Positions 9,202-18,271 of a stretch of DNA of 35,653 bases are shown here, piece by piece. Numbering within the stretch: the first letter of the stretch is position 1; the number at the start of each line of letters is the position of its first letter. The DNA comes from a virus (Duplodnaviria > Caudoviricetes): IMG/VR virus record IMGVR_UViG_3300034128_000016, positions 1 to 35,653 of that record; one strand, written 5' to 3'. The notes below the pieces were generated by a model, which was given only the letters and a program-made list of their open reading frames with translations, had not been told where the DNA came from and searched no databases. The translations under genes and the position numbers were made by a program.

Positions 9202-10227
9202 ATGAAAAGGAATCTATTTACTGGATTTTGGAGATTCAATGGAATTGCTCTTTTAAATCTCCTTCTTTTGTTTTGTCTTTCTTGTCAGAAAGAAGAGTCC
9301 CAAGCAAATCTTTCGTCAGTCACAGATGATAATATTACCTTTCGTGACGGTCGATTAATCTTTAAGGACTATGCGTCTTTTACTGATTACCAAGAATGGC
9401 TATCTGAGAATCAGAGTAATACTCAGTTAATTGTAGAGAAAAATAAGTCTCTTGGGCTAAAATCTATGACTGAATATTACCTGGAAGGAATGAAATTGGA
9501 AGAAGATGATCCAAAGTTTTCGGAATATGTGTCTAAATACCCGAGGGTATTTTATAAAGAGATATTCGATAATTCAACACTCTATGTTTTGCCTCATTCA
9601 ATAATCCTATGTTACGTAGCTAATGAAGATGGAATCTTCCAAATTGGAGACCAGATTTACAGAATTGTACAGAATTACATTTATCAAACTGCGGATGAAT
9701 CTAAGATAGAAATGCTTTTCCTTCCACAAGATCAGATTCTTATCAAGGATATTAAAATTACGCCTTCACAACCCAGACATGAAGCCAAAAGTGATCTTGG
9801 CCAGAAAACCGTATACTTCAATAACAATTCTAAATATAGAATTGTAAGTTCAATAATGGAATACACGAATGGTGTTTCTTACTGGTACGATATAAGGACT
9901 AACCCTCAGAAAAAAACTTTAGTTTGGTTAGGGGCGCAGTTAAACACAAAGGCTGCACATGGAGATGGCTATTGGACTTTCGGCTCAGGTAGTCCTCTAG
10001 TTCAAATATACTCAAATTATGATGAAGATACAGGAGACTCTCAACGTAATATTGTCTTTTGTGGGGGGAGTCTAATAGACCTGAACGCTAGCTATTCCCC
10101 GGCCTATAGTCGTGGAAGATTAATTGATGGTGTCACAGAATATATTTATATAAATTGGGCGGATGCTCTCTCCGATTCTCCAACCTATACTGTTACCCAT
10201 ACATCGATTTTAAACGATCCTTTTTAG
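9202..10227 (+). CDS. Surface lipoprotein with DUF4848-like N-terminal region and a distinct C-terminal domain
   Basis: Lipobox CLS-C followed by QKEE (Bacteroidota lipoprotein export-like signal); DGRLIFKD and NEDGIFQIGDQIY motifs. Confidence 0.7.
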   Translation: MKRNLFTGFWRFNGIALLNLLLLFCLSCQKEESQANLSSVTDDNITFRDGRLIFKDYASFTDYQEWLSENQSNTQLIVEKNKSLGLKSMTEYYLEGMKLEEDDPKFSEYVSKYPRVFYKEIFDNSTLYVLPHSIILCYVANEDGIFQIGDQIYRIVQNYIYQTADESKIEMLFLPQDQILIKDIKITPSQPRHEAKSDLGQKTVYFNNNSKYRIVSSIMEYTNGVSYWYDIRTNPQKKTLVWLGAQLNTKAAHGDGYWTFGSGSPLVQIYSNYDEDTGDSQRNIVFCGGSLIDLNASYSPAYSRGRLIDGVTEYIYINWADALSDSPTYTVTHTSILNDPF

Positions 10228-10245
10228 AAATTTCCTCGACGAAAC

Positions 10246-10287
10246 AAACAGCGTTTAAAATTAATTTATTAGTTTTAAACGCTGTTT
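10246..10287 (+). terminator. Long intergenic hairpin (attenuator/terminator or mRNA stabiliser)
   Basis: AAACAGCGTTTAAAA ... TTTTAAACGCTGTTT, a perfect 15-bp inverted repeat. Confidence 0.7.
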
Positions 10288-10303
10288 ATAACATTTATGC
10301 CAT

Positions 10304-10849
10304 ATGAAAAGAACAATACTTCTATCGACAGGTATTTTATTCTTATTCTTTATCAATGCATTTTCCCAGGAACAGGAAAAGCCTTCATTTTTCAGAAACC
10401 AAATTGGAATTCAGTTTAATCCCTATATTAACGAACAGTTTTTCGATTTTTATGTTATGAATACTGTTTCTGCCTTACGGTACAGGTACGGGATTACAAA
10501 AAATGTTTCCACAGGCATAGAATTTTCATGCAATTTCCCAATAAATATAAGCTCAGACCAAAGCTTCCATTACTTTAGTTATAGGGTTGGACCATTTTCC
10601 AGATTCTCAATTCTGCCTGATAAAAGATTTCAGGTATTTGCTGAAGCTTCTCCATACTATTTTCATTCAATAGTAAAAACCACACCGGAATATAAATCCG
10701 ACAAATTCGGGATCTATGTTGCTCCCGGTGTTTCACTTTATTCCAAAAGCAAGAAGTTCAGCTTTGATTTATATTACAAATTTTCAAATCTTGTGCAAGT
10801 AAATGGCAAGAAATCTGTAATTTCCTATAAAGTTAATTACAATTTTTAA
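10304..10849 (+). CDS. Small outer-membrane beta-barrel protein
   Basis: Sec signal peptide (AFS-Q), alternating aromatic strands, C-terminal YKVNYNF beta-signal. Confidence 0.75.
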   Translation: MKRTILLSTGILFLFFINAFSQEQEKPSFFRNQIGIQFNPYINEQFFDFYVMNTVSALRYRYGITKNVSTGIEFSCNFPINISSDQSFHYFSYRVGPFSRFSILPDKRFQVFAEASPYYFHSIVKTTPEYKSDKFGIYVAPGVSLYSKSKKFSFDLYYKFSNLVQVNGKKSVISYKVNYNF

Positions 10850-11727
10850 TGCACTTCCTTTTCAAATTTTTCACTCCTTTTGTTTTTCTTTTTTCACTTC
10901 TATCGTGCCAGAAAGTGATTGAAATAGACCTTCCTCCGTCTGATTCAAAAGTAGTTGTCAACAGCTTTTTTACAGATGGAAGACCGATAAAAGTGCACCT
11001 TTCCAAAAGCATTGGAATACTAGAAAATGGATTCCCGGAATGTAACGATGCAACTGTTGTTTTATGGATTAATGATGTAAAAACCGACACTCTTTACCCG
11101 GACAACGGATATTATTATTCACACGTTATTGCTGAGATAGGGAAGTATTACTCTCTGGTTGTATCCGCTCCTGATATGGATTCTGTTTTTTGTGAGGATA
11201 TCATTCCTGAAAAAGCGATTCTTCAAAGCTATGTTTTTACTGATTCGGTATTAATTGATGAAGATGGCTTTGTAATAAATGAACTAAAACTTGATTTCCA
11301 GGATATTGCCGGACCAAACTTTTATGAAGTGGAGCTGGTGGCAAATGATATTGTCAGTAGTGAAAACGTCTTTCTTTGGTTTAAGAAAAACTCTGACCCT
11401 ATAATAACCTCAACCGGGCTTCTTGATTATAGTCCCAGAACGCTAATTTTTTCAGATAAAATGTTTGACGGAAAACATTGCTCGGTGAAAATTTATTTTG
11501 CTACTAACTGGTATCGGGATTATAACCTGAAAATAATTTTCAGATCCGTCTCAGAGACTTATTTTAAATACAAAGAAAAACAGTTTGCATATTTGTTCAG
11601 CTTGGAATATGACATTTTCAGCGGAATGAGCGAGCCAATTAACCTGCACTCAAATATTACAGGTGGTTATGGAATTTTTGCAGGTTATTCATCAGATGAA
11701 AATGTAATGACCATATCTGTCAAATGA
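10849..11727 (+). CDS. DUF4249 family lipoprotein
   Basis: LLS-C-QKVIEIDLP..KVVVNSF at the N-terminus and EPINLHSNITGGYGIFAG at the C-terminus. Confidence 0.85.
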   Translation: MHFLFKFFTPFVFLFSLLSCQKVIEIDLPPSDSKVVVNSFFTDGRPIKVHLSKSIGILENGFPECNDATVVLWINDVKTDTLYPDNGYYYSHVIAEIGKYYSLVVSAPDMDSVFCEDIIPEKAILQSYVFTDSVLIDEDGFVINELKLDFQDIAGPNFYEVELVANDIVSSENVFLWFKKNSDPIITSTGLLDYSPRTLIFSDKMFDGKHCSVKIYFATNWYRDYNLKIIFRSVSETYFKYKEKQFAYLFSLEYDIFSGMSEPINLHSNITGGYGIFAGYSSDENVMTISVK

Positions 11728-14105
11728 TTAAGGGACTAGTTATATTTCTCTCTCTTTTCGTATTATTTACTAATGGCTATTCCCAAAAAGTCGACATTAG
11801 CGGATATGTTACTGATGAAGAATCAGGTGAAAGGATTATCGGTGCCACAATAACTACTTCCAACTTATTGAATTATGCAATCTCAAATAGTTATGGTTAT
11901 TATGTCCTGACCCTGAATTCATCAGAAGACACAATAATACTTCAAGCCTCATTTGTTGGCTTTACTCCTTCTTCTCAAACAGTGAAACCCAATCAGAATT
12001 TAAAGGTTGATTTTGCATTAAAAAGCAGGAATATCCTTGACGAGGTAATTATAAGTGCTGAGAGAACAACTACTTATGAAAAGAGAAAGGAGATGAGTGT
12101 CGTATCTGTGCCAGTTTCACAAGTTGCTGCCATGCCCTCTCTTGGCGGTGAATCCGATCTGCTGAAATCGCTGCAACTCATGCCTGGCATCCAGGCTGGG
12201 AATGAGGCCTCAAGCGGATTATATGTACGCGGCGGAAGCCCTGATCAGAATCTAATGGTAATCGACGATGTACCGGTTTATTATATTAACCATCTGGGCG
12301 GATTTGTATCAACCTTTAATTCCGATGCAATAAACAGCATGAAGCTTGTGAAAGGTGGTTTCCCCGCTCATTATGGGAGCAGATTATCCTCTGTCGTGGA
12401 CATTAAAATGAAAGAAGGAAATATGAAGGAGTTCCACGGAAACGTAATGATCGGAATGATTGCCTCTAAAATTATGGTTGAAGGTCCGATAAAAAAGGAT
12501 ACTACCTCATATATGCTTTCGGTACGGAGATTCATGTATGATCTTATAACAAGACCATTAACAAGAGCAACTTCATTTAATGGTACATCAGTGGGATACA
12601 ATTTTTATGACCTGAATGCAAAAATAAACCATATTATCTCGCCAAATGACAGGCTTTATCTAAGTTTCTATTCGGGCGAGGATAAGATATTATCCAGGCA
12701 AAAAACTCAAACGGACTTAAACAAGATGATTCTTGAATGGGGTAATATTCTTGGATCATTCCGGTGGAATCATCTTTATGGAGACCGACTGTTTTCAAAT
12801 GTTACCTTGTACTCAACCAGGTACTGTCTTTCAAATGATTTTTCAAGCACCTATACCCGCAACACTATTAAGGAAAAGACTTCGGCTAGCTACTGGTCAG
12901 GGATTGTTGACTTATCAGTAAAGGCAGATTTCGATTATTATGTTAATCAGAATTACAAAATGAAATTTGGTGGCACCAGCATTTTCCATCACTTTAATCC
13001 TAATACAACATCATACAAGTCATTAGAAAACAGTGTTGCAATTGATACTAGTTTCGGAAGTAAAAAGCAAAATGGATTCGAAAATGCAGTTTATCTTGAA
13101 AATGAAATTTCAATCGGCACCAGGTTATTTACAAATATCGGTTTAAGGGTTACTAATTATCAGGTACCAAACCGGAATTATGTCTCATTTGAGCCACGAT
13201 TCCTCACAACCTTCCTGATTGGTGAAAACACTCTGTTAAAAGCTTCATATTCGTCAATGAATCAATATATCCATTTACTTACAGGATCAGGTCCGAATAT
13301 GCAAAATGATATCTGGGTGCCTGTTACTAATGTTGTTAAACCATCCCTGTCAAAGCAATTCGCCTTCGGCTTGGAAAAGACCTTCAGAAATGGTGAGTAT
13401 GAGGTGAGCCTTGAGGGCTACCATAAAACAATGAATAACCTGATCACATATAAAGATGGTGTTGCATCACTCTCATCAGCTTCCGACTGGCAAACGCAGG
13501 TTGAAACTAATGGTAAGGGTAAGTCTTATGGTCTGGAATTTCTCTTTCAAAAGACAAAAGGTTCGGCAACAGGTTGGTTAGCATATACATACTCAAAATC
13601 AACGCGACAATTTGAATATAAAAACAATGGGCGCCCGTATCCGTTCAAGTATGACAGGACACATGATATAAGTCTTGTCTATCTTCAGAAAATAAAGAGT
13701 AATATACAATTTTCTGCAACATGGGTTTATGGAACTGGTAATCCATATACGCTTGCAGCTGGGAAATATCTAATGATAACCGGCCCCGATGATGAATTAA
13801 ACCAAACAATCAATCATTATAGATACGGACAAGCGTATAAAGACCTTAATTCGCATCGGATGCGTGCCTATCACAAACTAGATGTCGGGATAAATTTCCA
13901 TAAAACAGTCAGGCGAGGAGAAAGAACATGGAACATAAGTATTTACAACCTTTATAACCGTCAGAATCCATATTACTATTTTCTTGATTCAATTTATGAA
14001 TTTGATCACCAAGGACAAGTTATCCCCAGTTTAACTAAGACAGTTTTAAAACAACAGAGCTACTTTCCGATTATACCATCATTTAGTTATAGTTTAAAGT
14101 TTTAA
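11724..14105 (+). CDS. TonB-dependent outer membrane receptor
   Basis: ISGYVTDEESGERIIGATI (carboxypeptidase-regulatory-like domain), plug LQLMPGIQ...GLYVRGGSPDQNL, GGFPAHYGSRLSSV, IYNLYNRQNPY, C-terminal F. Confidence 0.95.
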   Translation: MIKGLVIFLSLFVLFTNGYSQKVDISGYVTDEESGERIIGATITTSNLLNYAISNSYGYYVLTLNSSEDTIILQASFVGFTPSSQTVKPNQNLKVDFALKSRNILDEVIISAERTTTYEKRKEMSVVSVPVSQVAAMPSLGGESDLLKSLQLMPGIQAGNEASSGLYVRGGSPDQNLMVIDDVPVYYINHLGGFVSTFNSDAINSMKLVKGGFPAHYGSRLSSVVDIKMKEGNMKEFHGNVMIGMIASKIMVEGPIKKDTTSYMLSVRRFMYDLITRPLTRATSFNGTSVGYNFYDLNAKINHIISPNDRLYLSFYSGEDKILSRQKTQTDLNKMILEWGNILGSFRWNHLYGDRLFSNVTLYSTRYCLSNDFSSTYTRNTIKEKTSASYWSGIVDLSVKADFDYYVNQNYKMKFGGTSIFHHFNPNTTSYKSLENSVAIDTSFGSKKQNGFENAVYLENEISIGTRLFTNIGLRVTNYQVPNRNYVSFEPRFLTTFLIGENTLLKASYSSMNQYIHLLTGSGPNMQNDIWVPVTNVVKPSLSKQFAFGLEKTFRNGEYEVSLEGYHKTMNNLITYKDGVASLSSASDWQTQVETNGKGKSYGLEFLFQKTKGSATGWLAYTYSKSTRQFEYKNNGRPYPFKYDRTHDISLVYLQKIKSNIQFSATWVYGTGNPYTLAAGKYLMITGPDDELNQTINHYRYGQAYKDLNSHRMRAYHKLDVGINFHKTVRRGERTWNISIYNLYNRQNPYYYFLDSIYEFDHQGQVIPSLTKTVLKQQSYFPIIPSFSYSLKF

Positions 14106-14554
14106 GGACCTCGTCATCTCTGCCTTGCCTAAGCCGAAAATTAAATCGTCAAATTACGATAAAAAGTTTGCGGGAAGAGTCTGCCATTCTACTCCGCTCT
14201 ATATTGAGACAGAATTATAATGAGACAGTTTTCTTGAACCAAGACAGCATTAATAATACCCCTAAACCTAACAGGTTGGTATAATTAATGGGTTTGTCAC
14301 ACTTTTTGCTTTTGTTCCTGCAACTTTGATAAATTCGTTATGATCCCTGCACCCTGACACACGCATCTGCCCGAAATTATAATCCTGTACCATGATTGTT
14401 TACCGGCTCCAGTCAAATTTATAGCGCGACACTCGTAATGATAAAACAGCTTTGTACAGGAACTGCAAAACAAGTACCCCGCGACTCATAAATACCTTTG
14501 AAGACACTATTGAGATCCCCAAAGTAAGAATACGAAACAAATTAGGTCTCACAA

Positions 14555-14698
14555 CAGGCAATAGGCTGGTACCTGATATGAGGTACGAGTGCTTTCCTCA
14601 TTTACTAACTACCTGAATATCAAATGTTAAATAATGTGAAATTGAGGAAAATAAGCATGATTTATATTGCTTATTGAGCAATTTTGATTATCTTTATT
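14555..14698 (+). promoter_or_regulatory. Promoter module A: hairpin + AT-rich tract + palindrome + -7 box
   Basis: CTGGTACCT-gatatg-AGGTACGAG hairpin (14566-14589), ATTGCTTATTGAGCAAT (14666-14682), TATCTTTA (14689); 14667-14698 is 30/32 identical to 17281-17312. Confidence 0.7.
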
Positions 14699-14728
14699 GT
14701 GTTGAGATAAACACACAAAAACAAAGAC

Positions 14729-14914
14729 ATGACACTGAAAACCGCCTCCCCAGAATTGATCGTCCGAATCCTTAATCTGATGGACGAAGCAGACTTCCTG
14801 CTCATAACTGACAGAGATGCTGAAGTGATTGGTCATAACCTGCTGAATAATGGCTCAGAGCACATATCAGACTCTGACATTTCACAGGAAATTGATGCAT
14901 ACTACAACAACTAA
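14729..14914 (+). CDS. Small acidic hypothetical protein
   Basis: 61 aa, A-rich leader, first gene after promoter module A. Confidence 0.65.
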   Translation: MTLKTASPELIVRILNLMDEADFLLITDRDAEVIGHNLLNNGSEHISDSDISQEIDAYYNN

Positions 14915-14925
14915 TCCAGACGGAC

Positions 14926-15300
14926 ATGACAAAAGAACTTGAAATCAAGACACTGACCAGTCTCTGCGAAGCCGAAGGCTATTTCGCTGAATACTTCAAA
15001 AGAGACTTGGACCAGATGACAGCCAATATCAGGAATGACTTTCCGATTGAGACAGCCACCAAATTTTACTCTGAAGCCGAAGCCAAAGACGAGCTGATCG
15101 GAGTTGCGAAGACTGAGGGTAAGAAGAAGAAGGAAGACCTCTGTCGGTTCATGCTTCTGATGGCAGACCAGCTTGATGACAGAGACTTGGATGAGAGGGT
15201 TGAACAAGAACTAGGGAAGGCTGCAAAGATCAAGATGCAGAGGGGTCTGGGCCTCCAGCTAAGCCAGGAAGACATAGATTATATAATAAGCAGACTTTAA
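14926..15300 (+). CDS. Hypothetical protein (helical, charged)
   Basis: 124-aa ORF tightly packed in a co-oriented cluster. Confidence 0.75.
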   Translation: MTKELEIKTLTSLCEAEGYFAEYFKRDLDQMTANIRNDFPIETATKFYSEAEAKDELIGVAKTEGKKKKEDLCRFMLLMADQLDDRDLDERVEQELGKAAKIKMQRGLGLQLSQEDIDYIISRL

Positions 15301-15313
15301 CCGAAAAAAAACA

Positions 15314-15670
15314 ATGGAACTCACAGGGCTAACAGTAGGAGTATTCAGGGAAGTTGACTTCCCTGATTGCACAGCAAACGGCATCACATCAAAGGTTAGC
15401 AGGATCTTGCTGGTTGACGACTCAATAGAGGGACCTTTCAAGGTTGGGAAAGACGAAGTGTATCTGGTACTGGTCAGGCGTAACATCTGTGGCAGGGAGT
15501 ACATTCATGCTGAGCCCAGAAAAGAAGGCTTTGAGATGAGAGGGGTCCGATACGGAATGTTCGGCGGCAATTTCATCTACACCAGCGACAGCAGGTTCCC
15601 CAACTCCTACCCTATCCCGGTTCATGACCGTTTTGAGACAGCGGAGGAATACGAAGCATTTTCACGATAA
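15314..15670 (+). CDS. Conserved phage hypothetical protein
   Basis: DCTANGITS...MFGGNFIYTSDSRF...PIPVHDRFE motif set, recalled from many phage hypothetical proteins. Confidence 0.8.
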   Translation: MELTGLTVGVFREVDFPDCTANGITSKVSRILLVDDSIEGPFKVGKDEVYLVLVRRNICGREYIHAEPRKEGFEMRGVRYGMFGGNFIYTSDSRFPNSYPIPVHDRFETAEEYEAFSR

Positions 15671-15688
15671 CTAAACCCGATAAAGACA

Positions 15689-16201
15689 ATGGAACCGATT
15701 AAAAGAGGGATGAAACTCGGAAAGCAAACCGGGTCATTCTTTAACTGGATGATGAGTAAGAACCAGAGCATCCCAGTGGTGGGTGCAGGAGCAACAATCC
15801 TGCTCTGGACTGACCGCCATGCATATGAGGTGATAGAAGTAAACGAGAAGGAGAAGAGCTGCGTAATCCAGCGTTACGCCCCGACAAGGCTGGACAAATA
15901 CGGGATGTCAGACTCACAGGACTACGAGTACAAAGAACTGACTCAGGAGAAAGTGAAGCTGTATTACAAATGGGGTGGATGGAAGTCCAGATATGACAGC
16001 GTAACCTTCACTGATGATGCCAGGAAGAAGTACGGTGAGTTTGGGCAGAAACTCCATGATGCTTATAAGGCAGCAGGTGGAGAGTATCGTGGGGCCTTCA
16101 TTAGCACACTTATTCCGGGACTGACAAAGCCCATGACGACATGGATTGCGGTCAATGTCCTGTTCGGAGTCAGGCGGGAGTATTATGACTATTCATTTTA
16201 A
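15689..16201 (+). CDS. Conserved phage hypothetical protein
   Basis: PVVGAGATILLWTDRHAYEVIEV ... GVRREYYDYSF. Confidence 0.8.
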   Translation: MEPIKRGMKLGKQTGSFFNWMMSKNQSIPVVGAGATILLWTDRHAYEVIEVNEKEKSCVIQRYAPTRLDKYGMSDSQDYEYKELTQEKVKLYYKWGGWKSRYDSVTFTDDARKKYGEFGQKLHDAYKAAGGEYRGAFISTLIPGLTKPMTTWIAVNVLFGVRREYYDYSF

Positions 16202-16307
16202 ACCAAAGCAACCGGGAGGAAATATTATTCAGTAAAGGAGACACGATCCAGTATCTGGGCCAGAGACAAAGAGCAACATAAGTTGAAACAATAATCACTT
16301 AATCAAT

Positions 16308-16559
16308 ATGAAAACAGACAAAAATGGAAAAAGCACCTGCTTGGCAGGGCAAGAGAAGTACGAGTATTTTGACTACATGGGGCGCAAGCGAGTCCAGTAC
16401 GAATTCAGGTCAACTCTTACAGGAGAGCTATTCACATGCGCTGCTGCCAACCTTGATCTTGCAAGGGAGAGGAGAGACATATTTTTGAAAGAAGAACAAC
16501 GCAAGGTAGCTGAAGCTGAAAGGCGTTTCAACCTGAACCACCCGGAATTAAACCCTTAA
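16308..16559 (+). CDS. DUF3873-like protein
   Basis: NGKSTCLAGQEKYEYF...QYEFR...GELFTCAAANL..ARERRD resembles DUF3873 of Bacteroides mobile elements. Confidence 0.7.
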   Translation: MKTDKNGKSTCLAGQEKYEYFDYMGRKRVQYEFRSTLTGELFTCAAANLDLARERRDIFLKEEQRKVAEAERRFNLNHPELNP

Positions 16560-16568
16560 AAAGAGCGC

Positions 16569-16847
16569 ATGAAGGCAACAATAATGTATAGAAACAACTG
16601 GTTTGGCGGTGACGGTTGGACCTTTTACCCGGTAAAAATAGAGATCGCAGCCAACTGCCCGGCTTGCGGAGCAAAGAGAGGAGAGCCACATCCACGAAGC
16701 TATTGTGAAGATGGGGAATGGTATTCAGTTGACAACTGGGAGAATCCTTGCGGTCACATTGACTCTTACCAGATGGCATACAGGGAACATCTCAGGCTCA
16801 AAGAAGCAAAGGGAGAGGACACTACCGTAACACCGTTTTTCAGATAG
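16569..16847 (+). CDS. Putative zinc-binding small protein
   Basis: CPACG ... WENPCGH. Confidence 0.7.
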   Translation: MKATIMYRNNWFGGDGWTFYPVKIEIAANCPACGAKRGEPHPRSYCEDGEWYSVDNWENPCGHIDSYQMAYREHLRLKEAKGEDTTVTPFFR

Positions 16848-16871
16848 TCACTAACTCAAAAAACAGATCCA

Positions 16872-17138
16872 ATGGCAACACTAAAAAAGACAACCGAAAA
16901 AGCAAGAGAAGTCGAACGCAAAATCTATGTCCTGTCCTTTCATGAAGGGCGGCGTTATTCTACTTATGGAGGCATAGGTCTACTGGATGCCTTTATGGAA
17001 ATGCAGCGACATCTATATCATGGTCGCATGGTCGTTCTAATGGATAAAGATTCTGATTCGGAATGTATGGATAAGGAGATCAAAGACCGGGAACGTGTCT
17101 CTTATGAGTTCGCAAAAGAATTCGCAAAAGTATTCTGA
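16872..17138 (+). CDS. Hypothetical protein
   Basis: 88-aa ORF with an A-rich leader. Confidence 0.65.
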   Translation: MATLKKTTEKAREVERKIYVLSFHEGRRYSTYGGIGLLDAFMEMQRHLYHGRMVVLMDKDSDSECMDKEIKDRERVSYEFAKEFAKVF

Positions 17139-17176
17139 GTATGAGTAAGATTGGACTTTCAACCAACAGTCAGTAT

Positions 17177-17312
17177 CAGGTAAATAGGTGCTGGTACTCT
17201 CCCGCAGAATACCAGAGTCTTCAAACCCTCAAACGATGTGTTAGAATGTGTTAAAACATTGAAAATATATGTCTAAAATGTTGCTTATTAAGCAATTTTG
17301 ATTAACTTTATT
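17177..17312 (+). promoter_or_regulatory. Promoter module B (homologue of module A)
   Basis: CTGGTACTCT-cccgc-AGAATACCAG hairpin (17191-17215), perfect palindrome TTGCTTA-T-TAAGCAA (17281-17295), TAACTTTA (17303). Confidence 0.7.
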
Positions 17313-17333
17313 ATACACTAAAACCGAGAAACA

Positions 17334-17534
17334 ATGACAGTAGGAGAATTAATCGAGCAGCTAGAGGGGTTTGAAGAAGAAATGGAAATCAGACTGGCCT
17401 TCCAGCCTAACTACCCCTTTGAATATGAAGTCGGAGACATTGCCCCAGCAGGAGATAAGGTGTATATCGGTGAGGCAGGGCAGATAGGCTACCTCTCTGG
17501 AGAAGCGACAGAGGCACTGGGATGGAGCAAGTAA
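17334..17534 (+). CDS. Small highly acidic phage protein
   Basis: MTVGELIEQLE...IRLAFQPNYPFEY...QIGYL; first gene after module B. Confidence 0.8.
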   Translation: MTVGELIEQLEGFEEEMEIRLAFQPNYPFEYEVGDIAPAGDKVYIGEAGQIGYLSGEATEALGWSK

Positions 17535-17573
17535 ATATTAAATCGTAATTATAAACCACTAACCCGTATCAAA

Positions 17574-17759
17574 ATGAGTGAATTAAAAAGAATCTTAATG
17601 AAGCGTGACAGCCTGACATCTGCGGAAGCCGATGAACGTATTGCCGAAGTCAGGGACCACATCGGCAGCGGTGAAATCGGCATCTGTGAAATGGATGATA
17701 TCATGCAGGACGAATTCGGTCTGGAGCCTGATTATCTTATGGACTTGTTGGATATCTAA
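17574..17759 (+). CDS. Small acidic phage protein
   Basis: ILMKRD.LT..EA ... DEFGLEPDYLMDLL. Confidence 0.75.
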   Translation: MSELKRILMKRDSLTSAEADERIAEVRDHIGSGEIGICEMDDIMQDEFGLEPDYLMDLLDI

Positions 17760-17764
17760 GGACC

Positions 17765-18217
17765 ATGAAAGAATATCTGACAAACATCCCGGAACTGACT
17801 TTGAAATACAAGTCAGGTGACATAAAAAAGGTCCAAATCCAGTCGAGCAAAGATGCAGCCGACTATATGAGACTAATATTTGACGAGGACACAATTGAGG
17901 TTTGCGAAAGCGCAATCGTTGTGTTCCTGAATCGGAAGAACAACTCAATAGGCTGGTATAAGGTCTCTCAGGGAGGCATCTCAGGAACAGTTATAGATGT
18001 TAGGCTGGTGCTTGCCACTGCCTTAAAATGTCTTGCAAGCGGTATGATCATGTGCCACAACCACCCCAGCGGGAATACTGACCCCAGTGAAGCCGACATA
18101 AGGATCACTCAAAAGCTCAAAGATTCAGCTGCCTTGATGGATATTCAACTCCTAGACCATCTCATCCTGACCCCAGAAGGGGATCATTATAGCTTTGGAG
18201 ACGAGGGAAGGCTGTAA
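17765..18217 (+). CDS. radC: JAB/MPN-domain RadC-like (UPF0758) protein, JAB domain only
   Basis: E...FLNRKN, SQGGISGTVIDVR, HNHPSG..PSEAD, LLDHLI. Confidence 0.92.
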   Translation: MKEYLTNIPELTLKYKSGDIKKVQIQSSKDAADYMRLIFDEDTIEVCESAIVVFLNRKNNSIGWYKVSQGGISGTVIDVRLVLATALKCLASGMIMCHNHPSGNTDPSEADIRITQKLKDSAALMDIQLLDHLILTPEGDHYSFGDEGRL

Positions 18218-18240
18218 ATCAACAGTTTATTTATATGATC

Positions 18241-18271
18241 AAAGTATTGCTTATCCGGCAATACTTTTTTT
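18241..18271 (+). terminator. Intrinsic terminator-like hairpin overlapping an operator variant
   Basis: AAAGTATTGC-ttatccg-GCAATACTTT running into a T tract, 24 bp after the radC stop; the core ATTGCTTATCCGGCAAT resembles the repeated palindrome. Confidence 0.55.

Noticed and set aside
14106-14550. Non-coding gap with three AGACAG repeats and short minus-strand ORFs
   Set aside because: Irregular spacing, and the frames are interrupted by stops with no recognisable product; probably a decayed cassette border.
17141-17254. 37-codon ORF after the 16872 gene
   Set aside because: It overlaps promoter module B and is better explained as regulatory sequence.
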